Shown: positions 34,901 through 47,457, counted from the stretch's first letter. The stretch is DNA of 64,000 nt from the human T2T-CHM13v2.0 reference genome, Homo sapiens (GCF_009914755.1 NC_060928.1); one strand, 5' to 3'. The notes: a model not told the origin generated them from the letters alone. Numbers and translations are program-made.

Positions 34901-37900
34901 TGCCTGGGAGGCTGCCCGAGGGAGGGCCACTCTCTTCCCGCTGCTCCAGGTGCGGGGAACCGCCCTGCTGGGGGTTCCGATGCCCCCTCCCCATGCCCTC
35001 TTCGAGGGGCAGTGTGACTCCCTGCCAGCCCCCACTTATGCACCGCAGGAATCCGGACAATGACGAGAGGCCCTGGTGCTACGTGGTGAAGGACAGCGCG
35101 CTCTCCTGGGAGTACTGCCGCCTGGAGGCCTGCGGTGCGCGGCTGGCGGGGGGTGCTGCCTTGGGCCCCACCGAGGTCACAGCAGTTTTCCCCGTGATCC
35201 TCCTAGCCCCTCTGCACACCTGGCTACTGCATCTCTGACAAATGGGGAAACTGGAGCTCACGGGATCAGGCTGGTCCAAGGTCACGCAGTGGGTCGGTAC
35301 TGGGGTCACAGTGGGGAAGCAGCCCGCTGCAGGGGGCTGGTCACCAGGCGACGGCCTCGGGGTGGCACCTGCCCAGCCTGGACCATGCCCAGGATGGCCG
35401 CAGAAGCCTTTCAGGGAGGTGCAGGGAGGGCAGCGTGCAGGCCCCCCAGAGGCCACCTGCTTCCTGCCCTGGGGAGAGGCCCCCCGGCTCCCTAGGACCC
35501 CGGCGGGGCCAGCCCGGGGCTCTCATGTGGGGGTCTCTGACTGTGCTGGGGCTGGCTGTGGGGTTCCGGGCTGCTGAGGGGGCCACAAAGGCCTCCGTGT
35601 GTCCAGCCCCTCTGGCCCTCACAGAGCCTCGGGATCGGGCATCAAACCCCATTCTACAGATTTGGAAACTGAGGGCAGAGGTGAGTGGGCGCCAGGGCCT
35701 GAGCAGCGTGGACAGGGGGTCCGGCCATGGCCCTCTGCAGCGCCTCCTGCCGGGTAGGGCCTGTGTGTGGAAGGGGGCTGGCCCTGTGAACCCCAGGGGT
35801 GTGACCCGGTGACCTTTGCTCCCAGAATCCCTCACCAGAGTCCAACTGTCACCGGATCTCCTGGCGACCCTGCCTGAGCCAGCCTCCCCGGGGCGCCAGG
35901 CCTGCGGCAGGAGGCACAAGAAGAGGACGTTCCTGCGGCCACGTATCATCGGCGGCTCCTCCTCGCTGCCCGGCTCGCACCCCTGGCTGGCCGCCATCTA
36001 CATCGGGGACAGCTTCTGCGCCGGGAGCCTGGTCCACACCTGCTGGGTGGTGTCGGCCGCCCACTGCTTCTCCCACAGGTGCACCTCCTCTGGGCCCCAG
36101 TCACCTGCCCTGAGGCCCCACACACCATCCAGCGTCACTATGCGCCTGTCCCCACCCGCTTGCGGACCCCATCCCGGTGCCTCTGCTGACCCCTTCCCGG
36201 GGTCCCCGGTAACCCTCTCTGACCCCTCTGGGTCTTGGGGCTCAGTCCTGAGCTGGGCATGCATGGACACTCCAGAAACCCTGTCCCTATTGAGGGAGGC
36301 CAGGGGTCAGTGGCATTTCCACAGAGGACCCAGCGCCTGCGGAGAGTGCAGTGGGCCAGGTCCTGTCCTCCCCGCAGGCCCCGCCCCTCCCAGAGTCCTG
36401 GCTCTCAGTAGGGAGCCAGGGAGCGCAGTGACAATGCGTCAGAGCCCTAGGAGCCCAAGCACAGCCAGGGAAACTGAGGCCCAGCCCACTCAGCCGGCTC
36501 CCCTCAGTGGGGGCGCACAGCCACCCAGGCCCACACTCTGGGAGGCGGGCCTCGAGTGGGGAGACCCTGAGACGGAGCAGCCTGGGCCAGACGCCCTTCC
36601 ACCTTCGATGGGCACCCCAGTGATTAGGGGCAGGGGTCCGGCCAGCCGAGGGTCTGGCGGCCTTTCGAGGACCACAGCTCCCAGGGTGGGGTCCTGCGTG
36701 GCCCTGCAGAACCTGCAGCCGGCGGCTCCTGGGCCTGCAAATGGGGCCAGAGCCTTCCTCAGTGTGGAGAAATGGGGTTCCCCACATGGAGCCCAGGGCA
36801 GGAGGCCGAGGCAGGGTGGAGCGACCTCCACACAGCAGATGGGAGCCAGGCTCAGGGGCCCAGGCTCTGTGCCCAGCAGGAGTGAGGGCTGCATCTGGGG
36901 ACCCCACAATGTGGATGGAAGCTGGGGCAGGGCCTGAGCAGGCCAGGTCTCCACCCACTCGGGTCGGCCTTGCAGCCGATCCTGCCTGGGCTTGGCCTGA
37001 GACTCCCCCCAGGGCTTGTGACCAGTGTTGTCAGGAGGGATGGCACCGCACTTCAGCTCCCATGCCTGGATCTGGGGGTGACTGGCAATAGCCCCTGCTT
37101 GGTGGTCCCTGTCTCCCCAGTATCAACAGCCCACACCCAGGCACCTGCTCAGACCCCTCCCCGGGACCAGGGTCCCACACCATTGGCCTCCGTGGGCCTG
37201 ACAGGGGGTGGGGAGAGGTGAGCCCGGTGGCTGGGGGAGGGCTGGTCCATGCAGCCTCCAGCCCCCCTTGCACAGCCCCCCCAGGGACAGCGTCTCCGTG
37301 GTGCTGGGCCAGCACTTCTTCAACCGCACGACGGACGTGACGCAGACCTTCGGCATCGAGAAGTACATCCCGTACACCCTGTACTCGGTGTTCAACCCCA
37401 GCGACCACGACCTCGGTGAGCTCCGGCGTGTCGTGGCTGCACTCTGGGCAGGTGGGCCCTGTGCTCCCCAGGCCAGGCCCAGACAGGGGCAGGAGCTGGG
37501 CAGACATGTGGTGCGGGGGAAGCTGGGGGCAGGGCAGGGAGGACAGGGCACCGCTCCCTTCTGGATCTCCCAGGCTGCCCTGTGGACCCCACTGGCTACC
37601 CTCCCTCCACCACGGGCCCCGACAGCCTCCCGTTCAGCCCGCACACCACAGGCTGACCCTGGCCACTCTTCTGATCAGTCCTGATCCGGCTGAAGAAGAA
37701 AGGGGACCGCTGTGCCACACGCTCGCAGTTCGTGCAGCCCATCTGCCTGCCCGAGCCCGGCAGCACCTTCCCCGCAGGACACAAGTGCCAGATTGCGGGC
37801 TGGGGCCACTTGGATGAGAGTGAGTTGGGAGGGGGGCGCCCAGCGCCCCGCCAGGGTGGACAGTGGCCAGCCACAGTGTGGGTGTCACGCTGAGGGCATT

Positions 37901-39203
37901 GTGTCCCACAGACGTGAGCGGCTACTCCAGCTCCCTGCGGGAGGCCCTGGTCCCCCTGGTCGCCGACCACAAGTGCAGCAGCCCTGAGGTCTACGGCGCC
38001 GACATCAGCCCCAACATGCTCTGTGCCGGCTACTTCGACTGCAAGTCCGACGCCTGCCAGGTGAGCTGGTGCCCGCCCCACCAGGACCCGACTGGTGGGG
38101 GCTCAGCTGGTCCTGAGTCTCCGAGATGCTTGCCCCTGGGGAGCCCAGAGCCTGGCGGCACCCCAACCTGGCAGGGCCAGCCAGGGACCCCTGGGCAGGG
38201 AGCACACTTACTGTCGGTGGCCAGCACCCCAGGGCCACCCAGAGCCCTGCCGGAAGGGCATCCTCCTCACACAGAAGGGGAGACCCAGGCTCTGAGAGGG
38301 GCCTGGGGTCCCACAGAGCCCGGACAGTTCCTGGCTGTCCAGCCCAAGGCAGTGCTTTCCGTGTGACACTAGGCACCAAAGGCCCCTTTGCCCCGAGTTC
38401 TCTCAAGCCAGCTCTTCAACCTTCAATAAGTTCTTCAACCTTCAATAAGCCCAACAGCCCAACCACGTCCTGGGCTCTGCAGGCCTGTGTGCTCAGGCGG
38501 CACGGCAACCCTGGCATGCGACGGCTCTCTTATGCCCCATTTTATAGCTGGGGAGACTGAGCCCCAGGCAGTCAATTCACTCTTCCAAGGCCACAAAGCC
38601 CAGGAGTGGTAGAGTGGGTAGGGCTTGTCACTGGACCTCGATAAGGGAAGTCAGGATGGTTTCCTGGAGGAGGGAGTGTTTGCACTGGTCCTGAGTGATG
38701 CGTAGGAGTTTTCCAGGGAGTGAAGAAGTCATTTCAGGAGGTGCTGGGACACAGGGTGGCTGTGTGGTCCACACAGGGTTCATGCTGGTGGGGAGAGGGG
38801 GACCGTGGCTTCAGGAAGGGGAATAACGTGGTTGGATGCCCTGGCCCAGCCAGTGCTGCCCCCAGGGAATGAGACACCTTTTCATGAGGTTCAGGAGAGT
38901 GGATCAGCTCCCTTGCTCAGAAATGCCTTTGTCCTCTGTCCCCAAGCTGCCACTTGGGGGAGAGGGGGGTCCCTGAACCAGGCCCCTGGGAGGGTGGCTC
39001 TGACCAACGTCTCTGCCCAGGGGGACTCAGGGGGGCCCCTGGCCTGCGAGAAGAACGGCGTGGCTTACCTCTACGGCATCATCAGCTGGGGTGACGGCTG
39101 CGGGCGGCTCCACAAGCCGGGGGTCTACACCCGCGTGGCCAACTATGTGGACTGGATCAACGACCGGATACGGCCTCCCAGGCGGCTTGTGGCTCCCTCC
39201 TGA
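31786..39203 (+). CDS. HGFAC: Hepatocyte growth factor activator, 655-aa serine protease zymogen (signal peptide, FnII, EGF, FnI, EGF, kringle, trypsin domain); complete, 14 exons
   Basis: join(31786-31902,32516-32696,32834-32930,33125-33204,33823-33945,34095-34226,34407-34517,34603-34777,35049-35134,35826-36078,37276-37415,37679-37819,37912-38060,39021-39203) = 655 codons plus stop. Activation site R407|IIGG; triad SAAHC, DHDL, GDSGG. Confidence 0.98.
32516..32696 (+). CDS. HGFAC: HGFAC exon 2, Pro/Thr/Ser-rich region
   Basis: cctag|AAC...CAAG|gtgggt; [18 protein letters not shown]... Confidence 0.93.
32834..32930 (+). CDS. HGFAC: HGFAC exon 3, fibronectin type II (first half)
   Basis: [32 protein letters not shown]; AG/GT bounded. 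Confidence 0.95.
33125..33204 (+). CDS. HGFAC: HGFAC exon 4, fibronectin type II (second half)
   Basis: [26 protein letters not shown]; AG/GT bounded. Confidence 0.95.
33823..33945 (+). CDS. HGFAC: HGFAC exon 5, EGF-like 1
   Basis: [40 protein letters not shown]. Confidence 0.96.
34095..34226 (+). CDS. HGFAC: HGFAC exon 6, fibronectin type I
   Basis: [44 protein letters not shown]. Confidence 0.96.
34407..34517 (+). CDS. HGFAC: HGFAC exon 7, EGF-like 2
   Basis: [36 protein letters not shown]. Confidence 0.96.
34603..34777 (+). CDS. HGFAC: HGFAC exon 8, kringle (first half)
   Basis: [31 protein letters not shown]...GLGPHAYCR. Confidence 0.96.
35049..35134 (+). CDS. HGFAC: HGFAC exon 9, kringle (second half)
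   Basis: [28 protein letters not shown]. Confidence 0.96.
35826..36078 (+). CDS. HGFAC: HGFAC exon 10, activation site and catalytic His
   Basis: ...[14 protein letters not shown]|[14 protein letters not shown]...[11 protein letters not shown]. Confidence 0.97.
37276..37415 (+). CDS. HGFAC: HGFAC exon 11, catalytic Asp
   Basis: [19 protein letters not shown]...FNPSDHDL; possible in-frame alternative acceptor at 37255. Confidence 0.94.
37679..37819 (+). CDS. HGFAC: HGFAC exon 12, protease domain
   Basis: [46 protein letters not shown]. Confidence 0.96.
37912..38060 (+). CDS. HGFAC: HGFAC exon 13, protease domain
   Basis: [49 protein letters not shown]|gtgagc. Confidence 0.96.
39021..39203 (+). 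CDS. HGFAC: HGFAC exon 14, catalytic Ser and stop
   Basis: [60 protein letters not shown]. Confidence 0.97.
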   Translation, partial: GDSGGPLACEKNGVAYLYGIISWGDGCGRLHKPGVYTRVANYVDWINDRIRPPRRLVAPS

Positions 39204-39250
39204 CCCTCCAGCGGGACACCCTGGTTCCCACCATTCCCTGCCTTGCTGAC

Positions 39251-39256
39251 AATAAA
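39251..39256 (+). terminator. HGFAC: HGFAC polyadenylation signal (very short 3' UTR)
   Basis: AATAAA 47 nt after the TGA. Confidence 0.88.
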
Positions 39257-40522
39257 GATATTTCCAAGAACCCGGCCCACGCTGCCTGGCCCCTGCCTGC
39301 GGCCCCGCCTTCCCCTCCAGGCCATGACTGGGGCCCAGGTCTATGCGCAGCAGGCCTCAGGCTGCCGTTCTGGAGCGCACACAGTCCTCAGTGGAGACGG
39401 AGCCTGTGGCCCCACAGCGGGGTCTGGCCCCACGGCCCAGAGAGTTGTCAGGGGATGAGGTCTGGGCCTCTCCAGGCCCCAGCAGAGTCCAGCCCCCTCC
39501 CAGGCCAGCCCCAGGCCGGGGCTCAGCACCTGGGTTGTCCCAGGGCAGGAAGTGGAAACCAAGTCCAGGCCCCCAGGCGTGGAGGGGTCCGATCCGCGTG
39601 GTGCACGGAGTATTGAACCTGAAGAAGAAAGAGCGGCCCCACGGGAACACGCGCAGGCCGTCGTTGGTCTTCCAGATGGCAGCCCGCCTGCCTGAGCCTG
39701 GGCTGCACTTCCCGGGAGGGAGGAGGCCACAGGCTGCCTCTGTGGGGGCTGAGGGAGGGAGGGGCCCATGTGCTAGATGGGGCCCAGTTAGAGGGTCACT
39801 GCTGGGCAGGCAGAGGCCGTACCCTCCCTCCAGCCAGGGAGGACAGGAGACAGGGGGAGGTGGGGCCAGAGGGCAGAGAGGGCGGGAGTGTGGCTGGTGG
39901 GGGTCAGGCCTCCTCCCTGCTTCGAGGCACCCAGGACCTTCTCTCCTGCGCCCCACCTCCTTCCTGGCGTCCTGGTCTCGGGGAGGCAGTGGTTTGCAGT
40001 TACAGCTGTTCCCTTTTGTCGGGAGCCCCTTCCCCAGCAGATTGGCGCCGCCCCAGGCTGTACGGAGGCTGGGAGGGCAGGAAATGGGGCATTGGGGCCA
40101 CACAGTTACCGCCCCAAGCAAAGCCGGGTTCTGAGCAAAGAGGGAAGAGAGACATGGCCAGGCCCTTCTCCCCACGGCCCCTGCTGCTGTGCATGGGCCT
40201 CAGAGCCTTCGAGCTCACGGAACGAACTTGCCACTGAAGACCCCTGCCCCTGCCACAGTGTTGGTGCAGCCTGGGCAGTGGCTGGGGGACTGAGTCTGGC
40301 ACCTGTGCCCCAGGATCCTGAGAGTGGAGCCGCTCTTCCTCCTGAGTGTGGGGGCCTCCAGCAGCTGGTTCTGGGGCTCTGAACCTCATGGCTTCAGCCC
40401 CGCTTCACCCACATCCGATGTGAGCCGTCCCTGACCCTTCCGCCATGAGCGGTGAGCATTTTCACATGCTTCCTCAGCCTCTGTTGAGATAAATGTACAC
40501 ATTTTCCCTTTGGCTTCACTAA

Positions 40523-41083
<561 letters not shown>

Positions 41084-41332
41084 TGAAGTGTGAGCTGGGG
41101 TCTTCCCTTTGCCCCTCCCACTTGTGCCCTGCTTGTTCCCGTCGTGCTCTGCCGCGGGAGGCTGGCCTCTCTGGTCTGCAATGGGCTGTGCACTCTCTTG
41201 TTTCTTGTTGGGCTATTGGGAGATCAGAGGCAGGGGAGAGAGACTGGGCATGTATTTTCCTGGCTCCCTTTCTTTGGGGTCAGTCACCTCAGTGTTTCAG
41301 GTGGAATTATGTCCTTCTAGAATTCATATGAT

Positions 41333-41598
41333 GACTGGGCGCAGTGGCTCACACCTGTCATCCCAGCACTTTGGGAGGCCCAGGTGGGAATTCAAGACCA
41401 GCCTGGGCAACAGGATGAAACCCAGTCTCTACAAAAAAATTAGCCGGGCATGGTGGCATGCACCTGTAGTCTCAGCTACTCAGGAGGCTGAAGGGGAAGG
41501 ATCACCTCCACCAGGAGGTGGAGGTTGCAGTGAGCCATGATCACGCCACTGCACTCCAGCCTGGGTACAGAGCAGGATCCTGTTTTAATAAATTAATT
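41333..41598 (+). mobile_element. AluJ-like element with internal deletion, inserted in the MLT1 LTR
   Basis: Alu arms present; TSD aattcatatg at 41321-41330 and 41599-41608. Confidence 0.88.
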
Positions 41599-41752
41599 AA
41601 TTCATATGTTGAAGTCCTAACCCCTAATAGCCCAGCATGTGACTGTATTTGGAGATAGAATGTTTAAAAAGGCAATCAAGTTCAAATTAGGTTATTAGGA
41701 TGGGCACTAACTCAATATGACTGGTGTCCTAATGAGAAGAGAAAATTTGGAC

Positions 41753-42337
41753 TATCCACCTGAAATAATCAAAAGGATCAGAATCCAGTTTAAAAGAGCA
41801 TATGCAGGCACGAAGCTGAAAATAGCCACTCAGGACACACAGACTCCAGAGGATTAGAGCCAGTACCCCAAAGCCAAAAAGTGAAGGTCTTGCTTATACA
41901 GGCAGAAAATAAACAAATTGAACAGGGTTACAGTGCTTCCCATGCAAGGCTGGTTTATGAGTCACAGCAATTTGATTAATCACAGCTTGTTTTCTTTTCC
42001 TTTTCCAATTTGAAAGAGCCTATTGAACGTTCTGTCTTAGACAACGTGGTGGCCAGTGAGGTCTCTGTGTAAGAGAAGTCAGAGGGGAGCAAATCTACAG
42101 TGAAGATCAACATGAAGAGGGAAGGGGTCTTCCCTGGTGTCCTGTAGTCTTTTATAACATTTTACAGAACAATGTAGGTAAAGAAAAAGCTAATCTATAA
42201 TCAGAGGAACAAAGGTTACAGCTGCCTAAGCTACAGCTGACCGTCATACGCAACTCAGGTCCTATAATCATGTTCCTTGAAGATGCAAAATAATTTAAAG
42301 TTCCAACAACTTTGGTTTTGAATGGCTTCTTTTTACA
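41753..42337 (-). mobile_element. Solo LTR, probably ERV1 class (family not determined), inserted in the MLT1 LTR
   Basis: 585-bp AT-rich insert ending ...TTACA, flanked by 4-bp GGAC duplication (41749-41752 and 42338-42341). Confidence 0.65.
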
Positions 42338-42869
42338 GGACGCAGACATGTACAGTAGGAGGGCGATGGGAGACACCTGGAGAGAAGATGGCCGTCCACA
42401 AACCAGGGCCAGAGGCCTAGAGCAGGTGCCCCCTGCTGGACTCCAAGGGAGCCAAGCCTGCTGCCCCCTGGGTTTTGGACTTCTGGCTTCCAGAACTGCA
42501 AGGTGATAAGCTTCTCTTGTCGAAGGCACCCAATCTGTGGCAGTTTATTATGGTCCCCGTAGCAAACAAATACCCTCAGGTTGGCTGCATCCTGGGACTG
42601 AAGGTCAGCGCTGCTCTCAAGATGTAAAAGACTTTCTCCTTCTGAGGCTCCGGGGTCCACTCCTGCCATTGCCAGCATTCTAGAACTGGTGTGGCCCCTC
42701 CACCTTAACCAGCCCTGGGCTCTGGAGTTTCTGACTGTGATTGTCCACATTTTGACCACAACTTTGTATATAAAAACCCTCCTTGAACTGTTCCACTGTG
42801 TGTGCCCGCCTATTGGGACCCTGACTGATACATGCTGTATTGGTTTTTAAAAACTTTTTAAAATTTATA

Positions 42870-43535
42870 TTTTATTTAGGATTTTGCATGTATGTTTATG
42901 AGATTGGCCTATAATTTTCCTTTCCTATATTCTCTGAATGACTGTTATCAAGGCTATCCCAGCCTCATAAAATAAGTTCTTCTTTTATCAAAATTCACTG
43001 GAAAATTCTGTATATAGTTGGAAGGATCTATCCTTTGAAAGTTAAATGGAATTCACCCATAAAATTACCTGTCTTGGTGTTTTCTTTACAGGATTGTATT
43101 TAACTACTGATTCAATGTCTTTAATAGTTATGGGACTAGTTTTATTTCTTCTTGAGTCAGTTACAGGAAGTTATGCTTTTATAAATTTATCTGTCACCCA
43201 GGTGTGGTGGCTTATGCCTGTAATGCCAGCACTTTGGGAGGCCGAGGCGGGTGGATCACAAGGTTAGGAGTTTGAGACCAGCCTGGCCAACATGGTGAAA
43301 CCCCATCTCTACTAAAAATACAAAAATTAGCTGGGTGTGGTGGCAGGTGTCTGTAATCCCAGCTACTCAGGAGGCTGAGGCAAGAGAATTGCTTGAACCT
43401 GGGAGGTGGAGATTGCAGTGGGCTGAGATCCTGTCACTGCATTCCAGGCTGGGTGACAAAGCAAGACTCTGTCTCACAGAAAAAAAAAATTCATCTGTCT
43501 AATTTTTTATATTCATTGACACAAAGTTGTTCCTG
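42870..43535 (-). mobile_element. Old L1 (L1M-type) fragment interrupted by an Alu
   Basis: T-rich antisense ORF2-like sequence (gattttgcatgtatgtttatg...ggcctataattttc...gcctcataaaataag). Confidence 0.65.
43196..43486 (+). mobile_element. AluS element
   Basis: Two-arm Alu; TSD aaatt(t/c)atctgtc at 43183-43195 and 43487-43499. Confidence 0.92.
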
Positions 43536-43537
43536 GT

Positions 43538-43680
43538 TGTGATGGTTAATATGAAGTGTCAACTTGACTGGGTCGAAGGATATAAATTATTGTTTCTGAG
43601 TGTATCTGGGTGTTTCTGGGTGTTGCCAGAAGAGATTAACAATTGAGTCAGTGGACTGGGGAGAGGAAGACCCACTCTCG
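43538..43680 (+). mobile_element. Truncated MLT2 LTR 5' fragment
   Basis: TGTGATGGTTAATATGAAGTGTCAACTTGAC...agagattaacaattgagtcagtggactggg; a diverged paralog of the adjacent LTR start. Confidence 0.8.
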
Positions 43681-43691
43681 GGAAGTTCCAC

Positions 43692-44132
43692 TGTGATGTT
43701 TAATACTGAGTGTCAACTTGATTGGATTGAAGCATACAAAGTATTGATCCTTGGTATGTCTGTTAGAGTGTGGCCAGAAGAGATTAACATTTGAGTCATT
43801 TGGCTGGGGAAGGCATATCCACCCTTTATCTGGGTGGGTACCATCTAATCAGCTGCCAGTGTGGCTAGAATATAAGCAGACACAAAAACGAAAAGACTAG
43901 ACTGGCCTAGCCTCCCAGCCTACATCTTTCTCCTGTGCTGGCTGCTTTCTGCCCTTGTACATTGGACTTCAAGTTCTTCAGTTTTTGGACTCAGACTGGC
44001 TTTCTTTGCTCCTCAGCTTGCAGATAGCCTATTGCGGGACCTTGCAATCACGTGAGTTAATACTTCATAAACTCCCCTTTATATATGTCTATCTATCTTA
44101 TTAGTTCTGTCCCTCTAGAGAGCCCTAATACA
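43692..44132 (+). mobile_element. MLT2A-type 5' LTR of HERV-L
   Basis: TGTGATG.TTAATACTGAGTGTCAACTTGATTGGATTGAAG...ctgtccctctagagagccctaataCA, followed by the PBS-like gattttggtaccaggagtgg (tRNA-Leu type). Confidence 0.9.
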
Positions 44133-45997
44133 GATTTTGGTACCAGGAGTGGTTCTAGAAGAATAGAATATTAAGGATGGACTTCTTTTGTTGGTTTTGG
44201 GATTTCTGGAGTTGCCTGCTTAATATGATTAGACCCAAAAATTCTAAGGACTCTACTTCTAATGGCATGGAGAACACCGATAGTCCTTGGCATGAACTAT
44301 TTAGAGAGCTATGCAAATTAAATGCATTTGACACTCTTGATTCACTGCTCATGAGAGGCAGGGAGTTTAGTGACTCTATACATAATACCTTTGACCACAT
44401 GTGGAGAACCAAAGAGCTAATGAAGCTGGTTGGTTGCTCCTAAAGTTCGGTGGACAAAGTGATGAAAGAAAATGATGAACTCAGGGATTCTAACTCTCAG
44501 CTTCAGAAGCAGATACTGAGCCTCAAATCTTCTAAGATTGCCCTCATTGAGAGTCTTATCTCCTTTAGAGAAAGAGCTGAAATCGTGGAAAAACAGACAC
44601 AAGCTCTTACCATGCGAGTGACTGACCTGCAATGAAAGGTACGTGCACAGCCTCGCCAGGTGTCTACTGTTAAAGTGAGGGCACTGATTGGAAAAGAATA
44701 GGACCCTGCAACTTGGAATGGGGATGTGTGGGAGGACCCTGATGAAGCTGGGGACACTGAGTTTGTAAACTCTGATGAACATTTTTCACCAGAAGGAAGA
44801 GCTTCCCCATCCCCAGTAGTGGCAACATTCCCTCCCTAACCCATGCTGCCATCAGCCTTTCCACCTTTGTCTGAGGAGATAAATCCTGCACTGCCTGAGG
44901 CAACAGTGATGGCCTCCCATGAGGCAGTTGCCAGACAAGATAATGTTGATTCTCCTGAGGAGCCAACCCTAACACCCCTGTTTGTTTCTCAACCTATAAC
45001 TAGACTAAAGTCCCAGTGGGCGCCTAGAGGTGAGGTTGAGAGTGTGACCCATAAGGAGGTGTGCTACACTTGAAAATAAGCATTTGAATTCTCTAATTGA
45101 TATAAACAGAAATCTGGAGAACAGGCATGGGAATGGATATTAAGGGTGTGGGATAATGGTGGAAGGAACATAGAGTTGGATCGGGCTGGATTTATTGATT
45201 TGGGCCCACTAAGCAGGGACTCTGCATTTAATGTCACAGCTCAGGAGTTCAAAAAGGTTCTAATAGTTTATTTGCTTGGTTGGCTGAAATATGGATTAAA
45301 AGATGGCCCACTGTGAGCAAGTTGGAAATGCCTGATCTCCCTTGGCTTAATGTAGAGGAAGGGATCCAAAGGCTTAGGGAGATTGAGGTGGTGGAGTGGA
45401 TTAGTCACTTTAGACCTACTCATCCCAGCTGGGAGGGTCCAGAAGATATACCCTTGACCAATGCCTTGCGAAATAGATTTTTGAGGGCAGCACCTGCGTC
45501 TTTGAAGGGCCCTGTAATTGCTCTTCTCTGTATGTCAGATCTAACAGTGGGAACCACAGTCACTCAACTACAAAATTTAAATATGATTTAATGGGATGAT
45601 GGGAATAACTGGATCCTGAGGTGGCAGGGGCCAAGTGGCGGCACTCAACCATCAAAGGCAAGGTGGGCACAGCTACCATAATGGACAGCAGAGGCAAAGT
45701 GGCAATCAGAATAGTCTGACTTGTGTAGAGCTCTGGCATTGGCTAATTAATCACAGTGTTCCTAAAAAGTGAAATTGACAGGAAGCCTACTGCAATCCTG
45801 CTTAATTTATATAAGCAGAAAACTTCTAGGGCGAATGGACAAAAGACTAATATGAATTATAAAAACAGAGAATCACAGCCCCTCAATCAATTTCCAGACT
45901 TGAGACAGTTTACAGACCCAGAACCCCTTGAATGAAGGGGAGGCTGGGTCCCCTTGAGGAAGGACTCCACTACACTACTGACAATTTATGCTGTTAA

Positions 45998-46307
<310 letters not shown>

Positions 46308-46536
46308 TATGCTGTTAATCTTTCTCCCATCCTTCCCCAAGGAGACCTCCAGCCTTATACCAGGGTAACTATGTTGGGGAAAGGGAAATGATCAGACATT
46401 TTGGGGACTACTGGACACTGGCTCTAAGATGACATTGATTCCAGGAGACCCAAAACGTCATTGTGGTCCTCCAGTTAAAGTAGGCGCTTATGGAGGTCAG
46501 GTAATTAATGGAGTTTTAGCTCAGGTCTGACTTTCA

Positions 46537-47457
46537 GTGGGTCCAGTGGGTCCCCGGGCTCATCCTGTGGTCATTTCCCCAGTGCCAGAATGCGTAATTG
46601 GTATAGACATACTTAGCAGCAGGCAGAACCCCCACATTAGCTCCCTGACAGGTAGAGTGAGGGTTATTATGGTGGGGAAGGCCAAATGGAAGCCATTAGA
46701 GCTGCCTCTACCTACAAAAAGAGTAAATCAAAAACAATATCACATCCCTGGAGGGTCTGCAGAGATTAGTGCCACCATCAAGGACTTGAAAGACGCAGGG
46801 GTGGTGATTCCCACCACATCCCCACTCAACTCTCCCATTTGGCCTGTGCAGAAGACAGATGGATCTTGGGGAATGACAGTGGATTACCGTAAGCTTAAGC
46901 AAGTGGTCACTCCAGTTGCAGCTGCTGTACCAGATGTGGTTTCATTGCTTGAGCAAATTAACACATCTCCTGGTACCTGGTATGCAGCCATTGTCTTGGC
47001 AAATGCCTTTTTCTCCATTCCTGTCCATAAGGCCCACCAGAAGCAATTTGCCTTCAGCTGGCAAAGGCAGCAATATACCTTTACTGTCCTCCCTCAGGGG
47101 TATATCAACTCTCCGGCTTTGTGTCATAATCTTATTCGGAGAGACCTTGATCGCTTTTCGCTTCTGCAAGATATCACACTGGTTCATTACATTGATGACA
47201 TTACAGTGACTGGATTCAGTGAGCAAGAAGTAGCAAACACACTGGACTTATTGGTGAGACGTTTGTGTGCCAGAGGATGGGAAATAAATCCGACTAAAAT
47301 TCAGGGACCTTCTACATCAACAACATTTCTAGGGGTCCAGTGGTTTGGGGCCTGTCGAGATATTCCTAAGGTGAAGGATAAGTTGCTGCATTTGGACCCT
47401 CTTACAACCAAGAAAGAGGCACAATGCTTAGTGGGCCTATATGGATTTTGGAGGTAA
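46537..47457 (+). pseudogene. HERV-L pol remnant: uninterrupted 306-codon reverse transcriptase core
   Basis: [43 protein letters not shown]; the motif A Asp is replaced by Val ([10 protein letters not shown]). Confidence 0.9.

Larger units (their letters stand above)
41293..42574 (+). mobile_element. MLT1-type MaLR LTR in three pieces (41293-41330, 41599-41752, 42338-42574)
   Basis: ttcatatgttgaagtcctaaccc...gtgactgtatttggagatag...ggacttctggcttccagaactg...ctgtggcagtttatt; pieces rejoin across the TSDs of two insertions. Confidence 0.8.

Noticed and set aside
35816-36937. 373-aa protease-like ORF
   Set aside because: Only HGFAC exon 10 is real; the rest is read-through into intron 10.
38413-38449. 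19-bp tandem duplication tcttcaaccttcaataag; similar small duplication at 51192-51233
   Set aside because: Ordinary slippage duplication; AATAAG is not a canonical polyA signal.
39585-39680. Possible duplicated HGFAC exon downstream of the gene (LKKK; ctgaagaagaaag shared with exon 12)
   Set aside because: Only a 13-nt match, with no extension of homology and no convincing splice sites.
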